Of a stretch of DNA of 64,000 bases, positions 26,398 to 39,716 are shown piece after piece. The notes below the pieces were generated by a model. That model had not been told where the DNA came from, made no database searches, and was given only the letters and a program-made list of their open reading frames with translations. Origin of the DNA: Tricharina praecox (taxonomy: Eukaryota); NCBI RefSeq assembly GCF_024521635.1, contig NW_026250430.1, positions 372,001 through 436,000 on the forward strand, given 5' to 3'. Position 1 is the first letter of the stretch, and each line of letters opens with the position of its first letter. Position numbers and translations under genes: made by a program.

Positions 26398-27141
26398 TTA
26401 GTACTTGCTGGACTTGTAGGGCGTGTAATCCGGCGCCTTGTACTCGGGAGTCTTGTTCTCGGGCTCCTTGTACTCGGGCTCCTTGGGCTTGTACTCGGGC
26501 TCCTTGGGCGGCTCGGGCTTGTACTCGGGGGCCTTGTACTCTGAGGCCTTGTACTCGGGCTCGGGAGCCTTGTAATCGCCCTTGGGGGCCTTGCTGGGAG
26601 GAGTAGCGGACCTCCTGGCGGCAGCCTGGAATTCGGCGAAAGTGTTCTTGTGGTTGGGGTTCAGGGCGAAGACCATGCCCTGGGGGCAGTGATTGGCCTG
26701 TCTGCAGTAGAACCACTGGGGCTTATCGTCCTTGACCACGAGCTCGCGGGTGATGCCGCGCTTGTTCTCGAAGTTGGGGACGAAGCCGGTGTCGAAGCCG
26801 CCGTTGTTCTTGCAGGGGTCGTCGAAGTCGCTCTCGGTCAGGGTGTGGTTCAGCTGCAGGAACTCGAAGATGATCTTGTCGCCCTTCTTGGCGTGGATCT
26901 CCGGAGGAGTGTAGGCGAGGAGGCCGGGACCGCCGACTACGACGGTGTGCGTCTTGCTCTTGTGGCTGTCGCGCTTGCGGTAGGCAGGCGTGTGGTAGCT
27001 GCGGTGCGGCTCGCAGTATGTGGTTGTCACAACCTTGGTCTCGGTGACGGTCACGGTCTTGGGCTCGTGGTGATAGTAATCATTGGGGAGGGCGGAAACC
27101 GCGGCCACCAGGAAGGTGATCGATGCAAGAGTGAGCTGCAT
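26398..27141 (-). CDS. Secreted cupredoxin-domain protein with a C-terminal (P-E-Y-K)-rich repeat tail
   Basis: Signal peptide; THTVVVGG..LAYTP..GDKIIFEF..NHT..; type-1 copper ligand loop WFYCRQANHCPQGMVFALNP; strong GC3 bias. Confidence 0.9.
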   Translation of the reverse strand: MQLTLASITFLVAAVSALPNDYYHHEPKTVTVTETKVVTTTYCEPHRSYHTPAYRKRDSHKSKTHTVVVGGPGLLAYTPPEIHAKKGDKIIFEFLQLNHTLTESDFDDPCKNNGGFDTGFVPNFENKRGITRELVVKDDKPQWFYCRQANHCPQGMVFALNPNHKNTFAEFQAAARRSATPPSKAPKGDYKAPEPEYKASEYKAPEYKPEPPKEPEYKPKEPEYKEPENKTPEYKAPDYTPYKSSKY

Positions 27142-30100
27142 GATGATTGTTTTTCGAAGTGAGTGAAGGTGTGGATATTATCGCGATGTCTGATATGCTG
27201 GGGGGAATGCTGGTAAAGAAGCAGAATCGAATGCAGATGCTATGCAGATATGAAAAGATGCGAAGAGGAAGGAAGAGGAAGGAAGAGGAAGGAAGAGGAA
27301 GGGGATTGATGCTTGAGGAAGATGAGGAAGATGAGGATGGTGAGGAAAAGAAGAAGGCCGAGGACGGGCAGATACGGTGGGTATTTATCCAACTTCGACG
27401 GTGCTCAAGATCGATATCATGGGCAGTGCTTCGTTTGTTTTTGGACATCATGACCTGGTGGGCTGATGCCGAAGACTGACTGTTGGTTTGCGTGCTTGCT
27501 GGCCGTGTCCTCAACAGACGGTAAGCAGGCAGTGAAGCCCGATGCCTCCAATCGCTTGGCTGTCACTATCGTCGACACCGGTCAGCCGCGATTTCTAATT
27601 GCATAAGCTTTCTAAAAGAACTTCTCCGCATCTGACCCAAGATTAGGCTGCACTGTAACTAGCACATAGACGATGGTAATGGTGGTGGCCGTGTCCGGGG
27701 GCCCATGGCGATGATGTTGCACGTTGAAGATGGTTGTCAGCTCGAACATAGAGTAGCTGATCGCCCTGGACGAGCGTGGCCCAGCAGTCTATTGTTAGAA
27801 TGTATTTGCATGGCCGTTCCACCAACCAGAACCCAGCTTATCCAACCCCCGCCGAGTGGCTCGCTTTCGGATTTCTGGTCGACTCAGCCACGGAAATCTC
27901 GAATTCATGACAGCCCGCAGATGCAGCTACTGTCCCGAATGTCCAGCCCTCCGCTGCGTACACAGTGTACCAGAGATGCTGTGCAGTGTGCTCTGTAATA
28001 GCGACTAGTCAGACACCATACTACTGCAACTCTATTTGTGTTCCAACTTCCAGGTCGTGGGGCCTGCGGTACATGGTTACTTCCCGGTACCCGTGAGTTA
28101 TCCTTTCTTCGGCTCTCCTCACGAATCGTATGCCACCGATTGAGTAGTTATCGGTAGTTTCCGTCGCGGAGTGTACTTGGGGACTCCATTGCATCGATTC
28201 AGCTGGAGTTGCGCTCGCAGACCATTGTTCCCACCCGCTCTCGGGCGCCCCCCGCCCTCCCGCCCACCAACCTCCCTGCGGAGCCATGCGCGCCACGCAG
28301 GAACATGTCTGACTCCATCCATCACGACCAAGCCGATGACCACGACACATCTATCCATCACACGGCCGTTTCTATTCGCATCTCAAGCCTCTCCCGAGTC
28401 CCGAAGCCGAAGATCACGCTCCATGTTTCATCGTATTGCGGGGAACGATCTATCGATAAAGAGAAGAAAAAAAAGGTTCAACGGTGATAATTGTAAGGTT
28501 TCCGGTGGAGGAGCAGGTCAGACGTCCACGCACTCACCGGAGAGATCGCCAATACTTCTCGTTTGTTTCAAGAATTTCGAGCACTGCTAAATCCGGCCGA
28601 CATAGGCATCATTCACCATATGTAGGTGTATTGTCCAGCCGGAACCCTGCACCACCCAGTCAGTCGAGGCTTTGGCTTTGTGGGGTACATGGAGAGTGTG
28701 GTACATGGACGTGCCGCATGGGCTCTTCCTATATACCTCGCAGTGATTTGTGATCGCTGCACTGCTGACAGGACGGTACTATACTAAGCTGAATGTGCAC
28801 TGCATGCCATCTCACTCGGCCACAGCTGCGCACTCATTCGGGCGCCGACAGGGTTTTGTCCCCATTCGTCTTACATGCTGCTGACTGCCAGTAATTTTCG
28901 GCTCGGTATCGTAGATATGTTGTGGCTGTCGTCCAGTGGAAGGGTATCGCATATGTACATATGTAGGGTGGCTGTCGTCCAGTGGGAGGTTCTGCGTGCG
29001 TCATCACCATGCGCCTGCAGGACAGGGCTGAAGCTCTCCTCAACCTACATACATACCCAGGTATAGAGGTATGTAGTCCAATAACTACGAACAAGCACTT
29101 CCAATAGCTACGTACATACTAAGCTGATCACCCCACGGACCTAGATGTTCTGTTCCTATTTGCTTCTCCCAAAAGTACTGGTACATATGTACATGTACGG
29201 GAATACGCCGATGAGTCGTGGCCACTGTTGGAGGACGACGGTGAAGGTACTAGGCCTTATGGGGGAACTCGCTGGACGTGATGGAGTAAGATGAGTGAGC
29301 GAAAGTGACCAGGCGACCGTCACGACTTACGGTACAGTACAGAACTACAGCCGTGTGTGGATGCACGCGGCTGACATAGCTATAGAACTCTAGACTGCCG
29401 GTGTTCCTAGCACGGATGGGATACTGCCATCGGTGATTACTTACTCAACAGCAATCGTCCTTCCTCTAGAATGGTAGATACCTCACTTCGACTTTGCTAG
29501 ATACATGATACATCCCTCTGCTCAACACTGCCGCGTCAGCCCCATCGATTCCTTCCGTCAGTGTTCAGCCCTAGCTAGCTAGCTACCTTCGGATGACCTC
29601 GCGATCGACTCCTCTGCGCGCGAGCCTGGACGGCGTAAATCGCGCTCTACTCAGTTCGGTCAGCTACTCTTCCCCCACGGGCTGGGTGTATGGTTCAGGG
29701 CTGTGCCGAACAGAACTGAACTCGATGTTCTCGATTTAGCCACCGCCTTTGCATCTCGATACAGACCGACCGAACAGGAATCCCCTCCATGCAACCCACC
29801 AGCATGCGTGGCCGCCGCAAGAGAAGATGTGTGTTGTTTGCAGAGTACCTATGATTGTGTATCTACAAACGTACTTTTTTTCCCCTCGTCGCTAACGTGT
29901 GCTACAACTACATATAGGTTTTCACGATGCACGTTCTTTCCTGCTAGACACGTCTGCACGGCGGGGCAGAGTTACCCCACCTTCAGCAGGTTTACGGCTG
30001 AAGAGCAAGGTGGTTTTTTTCTGTCGTGAGAACTCCGGATCGTGGACCTATGGCTTGCACGTACGGTTGCTTCTGGGGTTCTTGTCGTGCAGACGACTGC

Positions 30101-30609
30101 TTTGCGTTGTACGCATTGGGCTGATGGATGCCAAGTTGGGAGTCGTCGTGATCTCACGGCTGAGGTGTTGAGGCGGCCGGTGAACCGCGAAGGCGGGATG
30201 ATTCCGTGGAGATGTGAGGGGCGTTCTACTATTGTACTTACGTGCGAGTCTTGCCTGCCCTGGCTTAGATGGGCGGAGGAAGTGCACGAAGCGGGAGCCT
30301 GACGGACCATCATGGATGACTACTACCTATTATCTATATGAGTACGTATGCAGGGAATCATCTGAACGTGAACGGCGAGCATTCTGGCTGTCTATCTTCT
30401 TCCCCTCTCACTCCTCGACTCCTCTTTCCCAACCTACAATCTCTTTGATGATGACAAGTTGACAAATCCCTCTGTCCGAGACCAAGTACCTACCTATTCC
30501 CTCCGCACGAAAAGTCTACTCCTTCCCCAAAAGAACCTGTGGACGGTGTCGACGGAAACTGCCCATGGCTAACTCTTCAGACCTCGATTTTATCTTCCGT
30601 TATGTTGTC

Positions 30610-31060
30610 AGGACACACGAAACATCCCCCCTCCTACACCAGATACAGACCTGAGGACATCCTGTGGAATCTTTGACGGTAGGAACCATTCTCAGAGTCA
30701 AGATATCTCGGTTCATTGGAAGCTCGAGATGTCGTCTGAACCCTGATATCCAGGCCTTTAGTCTTCACAGCACGCTCACGAACCCACTCGCCGTTTCCTC
30801 GACTGGCCTCCGCTTCTTTTCTTTCCCGTAGCCAGGACTCACGAAACGCCCCTTCCCCCTCCCCTCCTACACCAGATACAAACTTGAGGATATCCTGTGG
30901 ACACTTTGGCGGTAGGAACTCTTCCCACAGTCAGGATATCTCGTTCCATTCGAAGCTCGAGATGTTTGATATCCAGGACTTTAGTCTTCACAATACGCTC
31001 GCGAATTCACTCGTCGAGCTGCACCATTCCCACGCCGCTCCCTCGAATGGTCTTTGCTTT
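30610..31060. repeat. Diverged tandem duplication of a ~225-bp unit (possible pseudogene remnant)
   Basis: ctcctacaccagataca..gagga(c/t)atcctgtgga..gatatccagg..tttagtcttcaca occurs at ~30630 and ~30865. Confidence 0.8.
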
Positions 31061-32389
31061 TTTTCTTTCCAGTGCCCTCCGCCCCTTCTATTACTACCTA
31101 CTCAGCCAAAAGATTCCACAGAAGAAGAAGAAGCGGAAGGTAGGTATTTGGATTTCCGTCCCCGCCGACCTTCGCTGCAGGGCAGCTCCACAGCTTCACT
31201 ACCTAGATACCGGTATTTCTCCAGAAACCAGCAAGCAACACAAGCCGCCCTTCAAGTTCACTTTTCCAGCCTCATCCTCGCGGAACCGACTGTGTACATA
31301 CAAACAGCCGTCACGGTTGCGCGGGGGAGCGGGTACCGTCACCCCCAAATCCAGTATGCACCGGTATGATACCCATCTCTTCGAATTTATCCCTACGTAT
31401 TTACCCGCCTCGCCTTGCCTCTTCCCATCCCGCGACCATCTCCTCGAAGTTTGAACGCCGACTCTCCAGCCTGCTCGAAACGTCGCTCGAACTTTGCTCG
31501 AACGAGCAGCGACTCATGCTTCGTATGGATCGCATCATTTTGCCCCTCGAAGAAGCGACCTCCAGCCACGCAGATACCGGTAGGTAACGAGCCGTGCGTA
31601 TCGAGCGCCGGACGCGTTGATTCCATTACTCCCTTCACTCTTTAGCCTTTGCGTGGCCATCGCCTCGGCCCGATTCCGTCCGCATCCCTTCCTCGCTCAC
31701 ACCGAGTCCTTGGCTCCATTCCCCTACACCTAGCCCAACACCTACGCAGTTAGCCCAACACGCGCAGCAGCCGGAGTAAGAGTAAGCGCCCCTGCCGCAG
31801 GCCGCACTGGTTAATCCGCATCCCATGTCCATCTAACTATGATCCCGTATGCAGATCGGTCTCGATCACGAGGTGTCCTGACTCCTGCGTTGAGCTATGT
31901 ATGTAGAATAATATAGCTTTAATTCCAATATATTCCACCCCTCACGCGCACACACTTACTGAATATTCTACAACCCACTTCCCCCGCGCCGCGCCTTCTT
32001 CGATCGCCCCCAGCCACCCCACCCCCGCCTACCCCACCCCCCGCCTACCCCGTCAATCTAGGTACCTGGAAAGGATACATGCAAAGCGATACAGCACAAA
32101 CAGAGACGCGGACAGAGCAGACCCAAGAGAGAGAAAGAGAGAGAAGGAAAGAACGAACATCTTGGCTAACAAGCACTCCAATACTCCATCCCAATAGCAT
32201 ACCATTCCTCCCGAAGAGTAGAGTTAGAAAATAGAAAAGACAAAAAAAAACTGTTGTTCCAAAAATGTGATAAAAGTCCCACATGGTCACTAACTTCACT
32301 TCACCACTTCACCACCCCGCCTCGTCCAGCCACCGTGCAAACGTAAGAGGAGCTGTAGCCCAATACCACGTGAACCGTCCTGTCAGATC

Positions 32390-33400
32390 CTATTCGTGTA
32401 TGGCGTGCGTGGGACACTCGCCGTTGCCCTTTCTGTCGAACCAATCACGGATGCATTTCTATTTCCGTTAGCCCCCCCTTCCGTCTCAAGGTGAAGTACC
32501 TAGCGTACCTTGTGATATCGACATAGACACTCCAGTCTGGCGATTTCACAACCGACTTCGAACTCCTCGAAACAGATGACACACTCGACCAGTTCCCCCG
32601 TGATGGGGTCCCTACAGTCCTTCAAGCCCGCATTCCAAACCACCATCCTCCCGCCATTCGTGTAGCTCCGGGTCCTACCGATCGCGGCTGAGAACGGTGG
32701 TGGGGGGGATGTAGCGGCGGTGATGCACGACGCGATGTGCGCTTCCCGGCCGGCGTCGGACGGATCGTGGAGGTAGGGTAGTGCGCGGTGGCAGATGGGG
32801 CAGTAATCCTCCTCGGCGAATTGCGGGACGGAGTGTGAGAGCGCTTGGTGGTTGTGGTGGTGATGGCGGGGAATCGGTGCAGCGGGGGGATTTGACCGGC
32901 CACCTTGCGACTGCACCCATAGCGCATCAGCATCGCGCCTGAAACAGGTAGAGGGGGAGGCGTACACTTTGTCTCCTCCGCCTCCTCTGTGGAAGCATCT
33001 CAACGGGTCTGCTCCCGCTCCCACTCGCGCCTCCTCCTCCCGACACTGCCGCCGCCACCCCCGTTCCGCCAACCAAACACTCCTGACAAATCCTAACCTT
33101 GCCCTCCTCCTCGTCCTCTTCGTCTTCGTCCTCCTCTTCCTCCTCCTCGTCTTCCTCGTCCTCCTCCTCCTCGTCCCGGGTCAGATCGACAACCTTCGGC
33201 GGGCGGACAACGAACGCGCGTGGGATACTGATGCGGTGCGGCGAGCAAGTCGCGCACACGACGCGCCCGCAACGCCGACAGTGGTGCCGTCGGTTGAAGA
33301 AAGTGAAGAGCGTGCGGCAGATGGGACAGCTCTTTGCGGAGTGGTCTGGTTGCCAGGGGGGTAGACGCTGTGGGAGACGGGTGCTTGTCGTGGTGGCCAT
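32390..33400 (-). CDS. FYVE + RING-H2 protein (Pib1-like E3 ubiquitin ligase), 3 exons
   Basis: FYVE: WQPD..CPIC..FTFFNRRHHCRRCGRVVCATC, then an acidic tract. RING: ECVICFEEF..RLECLCRYHK|KCIRDWF..CPTH. Introns at ~32911-32965 and ~32460-32508. Confidence 0.9.
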
Positions 33401-35998
33401 GTGGGGGTGGTGGTGGTGAAGTTGGTGAAGGGGAAGGGAGAGAGGGGGAGCTGTGGGTGGGTGTTCTGTTCTGTTTCGAGATGGAGGGAGGCCCGAGGCT
33501 GAGAGATAAGAAGCGAGCCGAGCGAGGGGCACGGGTTGGGGGATCGACGGTGGGAGGCAAAGCACGAGTATAGCTGCCCCTTTGGGTTAAGGGGGAACTG
33601 TCAGCAGTCCGAGTCGCTGCTGAGAGACTAGCCGAATGTGAAGGGCCGACTCTTTGCGGGTCCTTGGCACAATGTTTCCCGGGCAACGGCACTATGTTTC
33701 CCGTGCAACGGCACTATGTACCATACTCTAAGACTCTAGAGTCTGGAGTAGTCACGAGTGCCCGAAACCTAAGCGAGTCAGATACCAAACCAGAGTCACA
33801 AGTTTGGGAGGTTCCTCACTGCGGCTTCTCGAACAAACAGGTATGAAACATGGCGGCAGTTGAACAAACTCGCCGCTATGCATATCTCGCACAAACTTAG
33901 TCGGGAGAATGCTGCAACATGGCTTCCCGGGCTAACCCGGTCGTCTTTCAAACCGGCACCCCAACCATTGAGCGACCGCGGTATCGGATCCTCCCGCGGC
34001 ACACTCAGGTACGCGGCGACAAATAACGGTCCACCTTAGCACTTTGGCCGACCGAAGGTGCCGTCAAGGGGTGAAGGTGGCGGAAACCCTGCTAGTGGAG
34101 GGCTCAGCTTCGATTAGAGAAAAGCTCGCTGGTATGTAGTTTTCCCGTCATCTTTCGCGTTGCAACGGTATATTCTGCTCGACGAGGAGGAGGAGGATGA
34201 GGAGGGAGAATGGAGGAGCATTCTGAGGAGGGCGGAAAAATGCAGCTACATATAGGACATACCAATTGTCGATGCGGTGTTTTTCGCTGGTGTTGAATCA
34301 ACCTCGTTGAATTGGAGATAACCATGGGGTAAAGTAGAGGATAATGAGGCTGCGTGATGGGTAAGCTGCTAGAACTTTACCATCACGATTTTTTCTCGCT
34401 TTTGGGACACATCATGCGTGAGAGGACATGAGTGGCATATTACTGTTGACATCCCTACGGTGTATGGTTTATGCCACCGTAAGCAATCGGGATTTGGGAA
34501 TTCGGGATACAGCATCAGCGTCTACTAGGTAATAGTCAACCCCCGGCGCACATGCTCCAGGTACTCTACTATCGTCTATGTAATAGCCTAATAGGTACGC
34601 ACCCACCCCTCTCTCTCGCCCCCAGCTCTCCTTCTCTAGGTATCTATCACAATAGGTATTCTGGGTAGGTATCTATCACAATCGCCATGCTAAGTATCAA
34701 GCTAGATCACCTAGGTACCGATCTATCAGAATCGCCATGCTAGGTGGATAGGTATCCAACCCCAGAATACCCACGTTCATTTCCCGTCCTCTCTGCTCTC
34801 GTCGCCATACCGGTATATCATCCTGTCTACGCGGCAGATGGGCAGGCAGATAAAGACTCCCAAGGAGGGAGGTGGGACGGTGAAGACAATGGGGACATAT
34901 GTGTAGGGGTGCCCTGGCAGAAAGATTTTGATCTTCAGGGAAACGGGTGTTCCAGGAGTCACCTAGGTATTCGGATGCATGGGGTGGGGGCTTGTAGTCA
35001 CTTATCTGTCTAGAGGCAGTTCTGCGCGGAGTAGAGCTTGGCTACCTACTTATGTTGAGTACACATTTACATACTTACAACCCGACCCGACGTAGCCAGC
35101 CATGTTGATATTATGCGGTTTTTTTCCATTGCCTATTCCAGTGTCACGCTACTTTTCTCAGTCCTCTATTCTTTTGCATCGTCGCATACAGCCTTCAGTG
35201 GCCTTCAGTGGCCTTCGTGACTTATTAAAATTGTCCCTGGCTTCTCACCAGAATCAGCCTCTTTAGACCTTCAGCCTTCAGGCCCCAAGCCCGAGTCCGG
35301 CGTCGGCGACGGCTATCGTCGCATTCTCGGTCTGAGGCTTCATTTCCTTGGCTAGTACACGAGCTTGGCTTTCTTTATAAGCAGGCTTCTTTCCCGTTAC
35401 TCTAGTATCATTACACTAATTAAGTTAAGTTCTTCTCTCAGTTTTCACAGCTCTAAGGTGCGGAATGGCGAGTGATATTATGTGCACATAGTTTCTCGAC
35501 TGTGGCGGATGAGAGCCTGGGTACTTACCTTTCCCTTATCTCGTTATTGCTTTCCTTGCGGGATGGATGGCTCGGGCCGATGCTCGATCTTCCCGCCGTT
35601 CACAAAGTTCCTCTCTAGTTGCTAGAAGAACGAATTTTGGCGTTCAGATGGGTGTCAATCACCGAGTGATATTCCGAGGACACTTCCACCTCGTGGCTAG
35701 TGGAGAATGGAGCCAAGAGCACTAAGTTTAAGCTTAAAAGCGCGCACCTTTCCGGGCCCAAGATCTCATGAGCCGCAAGCTTCCATCCGGCTCGCATGGC
35801 CATGTTCAAACCCACTCGTAAAATACATAACTTTTATCATACAACCCCCGCGCTCACGTCTATCATACACAACAATCATACATGGCCGTCTATAAATCGT
35901 AGTAGATCCATCCCAATATCCAAACAAAACAAAACGCCAACCCACACGCACACGCACAACCTATTAAGCAAACATAAAACAACCCACCCTCCTCCCTA

Positions 35999-38900
35999 CT
36001 ACGCCGCATACCTCTTGACCAGCCCCGCGTTCTTGAACAACACCGCCCTCTCACCGAGCCGCGCCTCCTCCACGATCGCCGCAATCTTGTCGCCGACATT
36101 AAACGCGCTGCTCTCCTTCTTGCTCGCGAACGCGACCTTGGCCATGCACGCCAGCTCCTCAACGAAGCCGACGGACGGGGTAGGCCACATCTTCTGTTCG
36201 GTGAGGGTCATAGTCATGAGTTTCGGGAGCTGGCGTTTCATTTCTGTGCGGTTCATGAGGAGGCGGTGGATACACGCGGTGCCCCAGAAGCGGCGGGTCT
36301 CGTTGGTGCCGAAGTTGGCCATGCGCTCTTTGAGGTCGACGCTGGGGAGGGCCGCCGTGAGTGTTGGCTGCGGGAACGGCAGCGGCTGCGACAAAAGGTG
36401 CGCTTGGATGTTCCAGTGCGCGATCATGTCTGAGTACCGGCGCAGCGGAGATGTCGCCTTGACGTAGCCCATGGGCAGGCCGAGAAGCTTGTGCGGACCT
36501 GGCTCGACAGTGAGCCGCGAAAAGCCGACGGACATATACGTGCTGAGGTCGTCGAGGACACTGCGCGCGGCGACACCGTATTCGTCGCGGGTGGGCATGA
36601 TCTCGTGCGTGAATTTGTGCACGAGGTCCGGGCGCGCCGGGTTGTATTGGAGGGTACGGTAGGGCATGGGGATCTGGTGCTTCTGCGCGTACTGGGCGAG
36701 AATAGTGTTTGCGAGAATCATGAATTCGGCGACCATGCCACCCGGTCCGTGAAGTTGGGGCTCCTTGTCGATAGTGACTTTGATTGAGGGGTAGCCGCGG
36801 TAGAGGATCGGATTGGCAGCGACGAGATCGGCGCCCGTGGAGACGGTGGCCGCTTCTTGGGAGATGCTGTAGTCGTAGTTGACGTTGAGGAGGGAAATCA
36901 TGCCGTCGCGGACACGGCGGCGGGTGAGGGCGAGGTAGCATTTTTGGAGGTGTTCGAGGTCAGCCCTGTCATTTTTCGTCAACTTGGTGGCTGCATTCTG
37001 GCCACTAGTTGTCGGTGTGGGCATGTCACCGGTGGTCAGGATCCGTTTAGGGGCCGGCTTGATTGCAAGGAGTTTCCCCAGCTCATCGTAGGTTACTCGA
37101 TGCACGTTGTGCACTGTCCCCGGCTCGATGTGGTAGTCGAGAATATCGCCGGTGTCGGTATTGATCTTCGTGCTGAACGTGAGCACGGCACCCCCGGGTC
37201 GCACACCGAGCGCATCCGAGATCAGCTTTGGCAGCATGCGGAAGACGTGCGGGTCAAGATACTTCGTGGTAGCTCTGTGTTCAGCGATCTGCGAGATCCA
37301 GTGTTCCGGTCCTAGGAACGCCGTGGGATTGGCGATGTGCACGTGGATCCAACTCTCCGTTCCCGACACTTTCTCGATAGACATTCCATCGTCGATCTCG
37401 AGCGCCGAAGCATCGTCGACACAGAAAACCTTCGTATCTCCCCAGTCCTTCCTCTGGCCGGCCATGCAGTCGGTCAAGTTCAGATCGCCGAAACTAGACT
37501 CTTTGAGAGTCGTCAAGCGCGCCTCATCGATATCCGCCTGCTGCGACATTCCATACCCGGGGATGTTCTGATTATCTTGCTGGAGGGTCATGTTCTCCCA
37601 TGGAGAGAACGCGCCGATCTCTGTAAGGAAGTCGTACGTGCAACTTCCATCCAGCTTCTTGCCTTGATACCGCCGAGTTTCGCGGAGCACATACGGCACC
37701 AGTCCATCGATCGGCGTATGCTGCAATCCCCATGACTTCATTCGCGCCTTCATGAAGTCAATAAACTTCCGATCGGTCGGGGTCCACTGCATCTCCGGCA
37801 GCTCCACTCTCTCGACCTGCACCCCCGGCTGCTCCGGCTTCGCCTTCCTCAGACTTCTGCTCAGGTCGATCAGGTACTTTGCCCGCTGAATGAAGTCCTT
37901 CATCGGCCCTTCCGCCTTATTTCCATATCCACGCGCATCGAACACCACCGAGCTCTTCCTGACCCACTCGGTGACGCTATCGACCATCTCGAGATCCTTC
38001 TTGCTCCTGACCCTGAACTTCGATGTGATGCGGTGGAAACCCTTGTCACCCACATATCTCAACCCATCGCCCATTAGCGCAATATGCGTCGCATAGATCT
38101 CCGCCGACCCGAGATCATCGCCGAACACCATCGTCGCGGCCTCACTCGTCGTGACCCTCCTGATCTCCGTCTCGTGCGCCAGCTTTTGGTAGAGCCCCTC
38201 CAGCTCGCGGTATCGGTCCGCGTGCAAGTTCTTCGCCTCGAGCACGAACTCTCTAACGGGTTCCAGCAGCGGCATGGAGACGTCGCGGGAGCTCACGACG
38301 CCCTGGAACTGGTCGACGGTGCCGCGCAGCGCCTCGAATTTCTCCACCTTCTCGTAGTAGGCGACAAAAGTGTCGACCGTTTCGGCGGGCAGGAAGTTTT
38401 GCAGCGCAAACGCGATACGCGCTGTGTGCCCTTGCTTCACCATTCCCTGCGGCGTGAGGAAGTCGCCGGTGGACGCTCCAGGCGTTTCCCGGAGGAAGAT
38501 GCCCATGTCGATCCCACTCGAGGTCCTGTCGCACGCACTCATCAGCCTTCCTTGCCCTATCCTATTCCCTCCTCCCTGCGGTACTACCCCCACCACCAAG
38601 CGTGAACCTACCTCAATTCACAGAGATCCCCCTTCTGCAGCCTCTGGTACCCGGCGAACGGCTCCGCGCCCTCGCCGCTCGAGTCCAGTCCCGCCATACC
38701 AATGCCCTCATCCACATCGTCACTCATGCCCTCGGTCAACGTGGTACTGGAGACGCTGGGAACAACCACGTCCGGCTGGGGAGCGGTGGCGAGTTCCCGG
38801 TCTGCCAAGAGTTTCCGCTCCTTGCTCTCAAACCGTGTGCGGATCGAGCCAGGAGTGATGAGGATGCGTTTCCCGGCGACGAACTTCCAGGTGCCATCTG

Positions 38901-39042
38901 CGGCGGTGGTTGTGGTTGTGTCGGGAGCGGCGTGCGAGGCGGTGGCGGTGGGGGTGGTGGAGAGGGTGCGTATGCGGACGGTGGGGAGGGCCCGTTCCCG
39001 GAGGACCCGCAGGGCAGTCGAGCGTGGTAACGGCATCGGCAT
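35999..39042 (-). CDS. Mitochondrial RNase II/RNB-family 3'-5' exoribonuclease (Dss1/cyt-4-like)
   Basis: Arg-rich presequence-like N-terminus; RNB motifs FCVDDASALEIDDGMS, VHIANPT, MVAEFMILAN, YVKATSPLRRYSD; one intron at ~38526-38611. Confidence 0.92.
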
Positions 39043-39217
39043 TGCGGTTGTAAGAGAGCGGTGAGTGTTGCTGTCGAAAGAGAGCAAAGGCTGGCACAAG
39101 TTTCAACTCGGAAAAAAAAAGCTTCCATGCAAGTTCATAAAGTTTTGTGCAGCGCGGCGATTGCCGGATAAGCTGCGGCCTAACCGAATCAAGAAATGTT
39201 TGAAAAAGGGAAAAAAG

Positions 39218-39307
39218 TACACCGTGCGGGAATCGAACCCACGGCATTACCTGCAATCCTATTCCAGTGAATGGGAAGGTAATATGTTACCCCTACACCA
39301 ACGGTGT
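39218..39307 (-). tRNA. tRNA-Gly(CCC) with a 19-nt intron
   Basis: Cloverleaf: ACACCGT/ACGGTGT acceptor stem, TTACC-TT-CCC-A[intron]A-GGTAA anticodon arm, GTGGG-TTCGATT-CCCGC T arm; followed by an oligo-T terminator. Confidence 0.92.
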
Positions 39308-39716
39308 TATTGGTGTCAAGCTAATCGCAGCACGTGATCTGAAAGGATATAACCACGTGATCAGCCACAGAATGCATAAAAACTTTGAAGCACCCAAAAC
39401 CTTCCGTGTTTGAAGACCGAGACAGACATCACTGCCGACTTCCCCGCCCCATGATGCCAACAAATGTTGGCCTGTTAATCCTACGCGAATGCTAGCGACG
39501 TATTCCATCCACGGTACGAGTGTTATAAAGGCATGTGGTTTCCACTTCACGTATCACCATCCCGGTTCCAAACTGTCAGTTGACGGCCTCCCACGGCCTC
39601 AAAGTCAGGGAAGGAGAATGAGGGGGTAGGAGATGGGAAGGAGTGCGAGACTTAAGACACCTCCTATCCCCATTCCACTACAGCGATCTCACAAGTTCAC
39701 GAAGCTGCTCTCCCTA

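Noticed and set aside
33790..34330. Telomerase RNA, SRP RNA or snR30 identity for the structured region
   Set aside because: There is no TAACCCTAA-type template, the SRP helix-8 match is imperfect, and the m1/m2-like words lack a correctly spaced ACA box.
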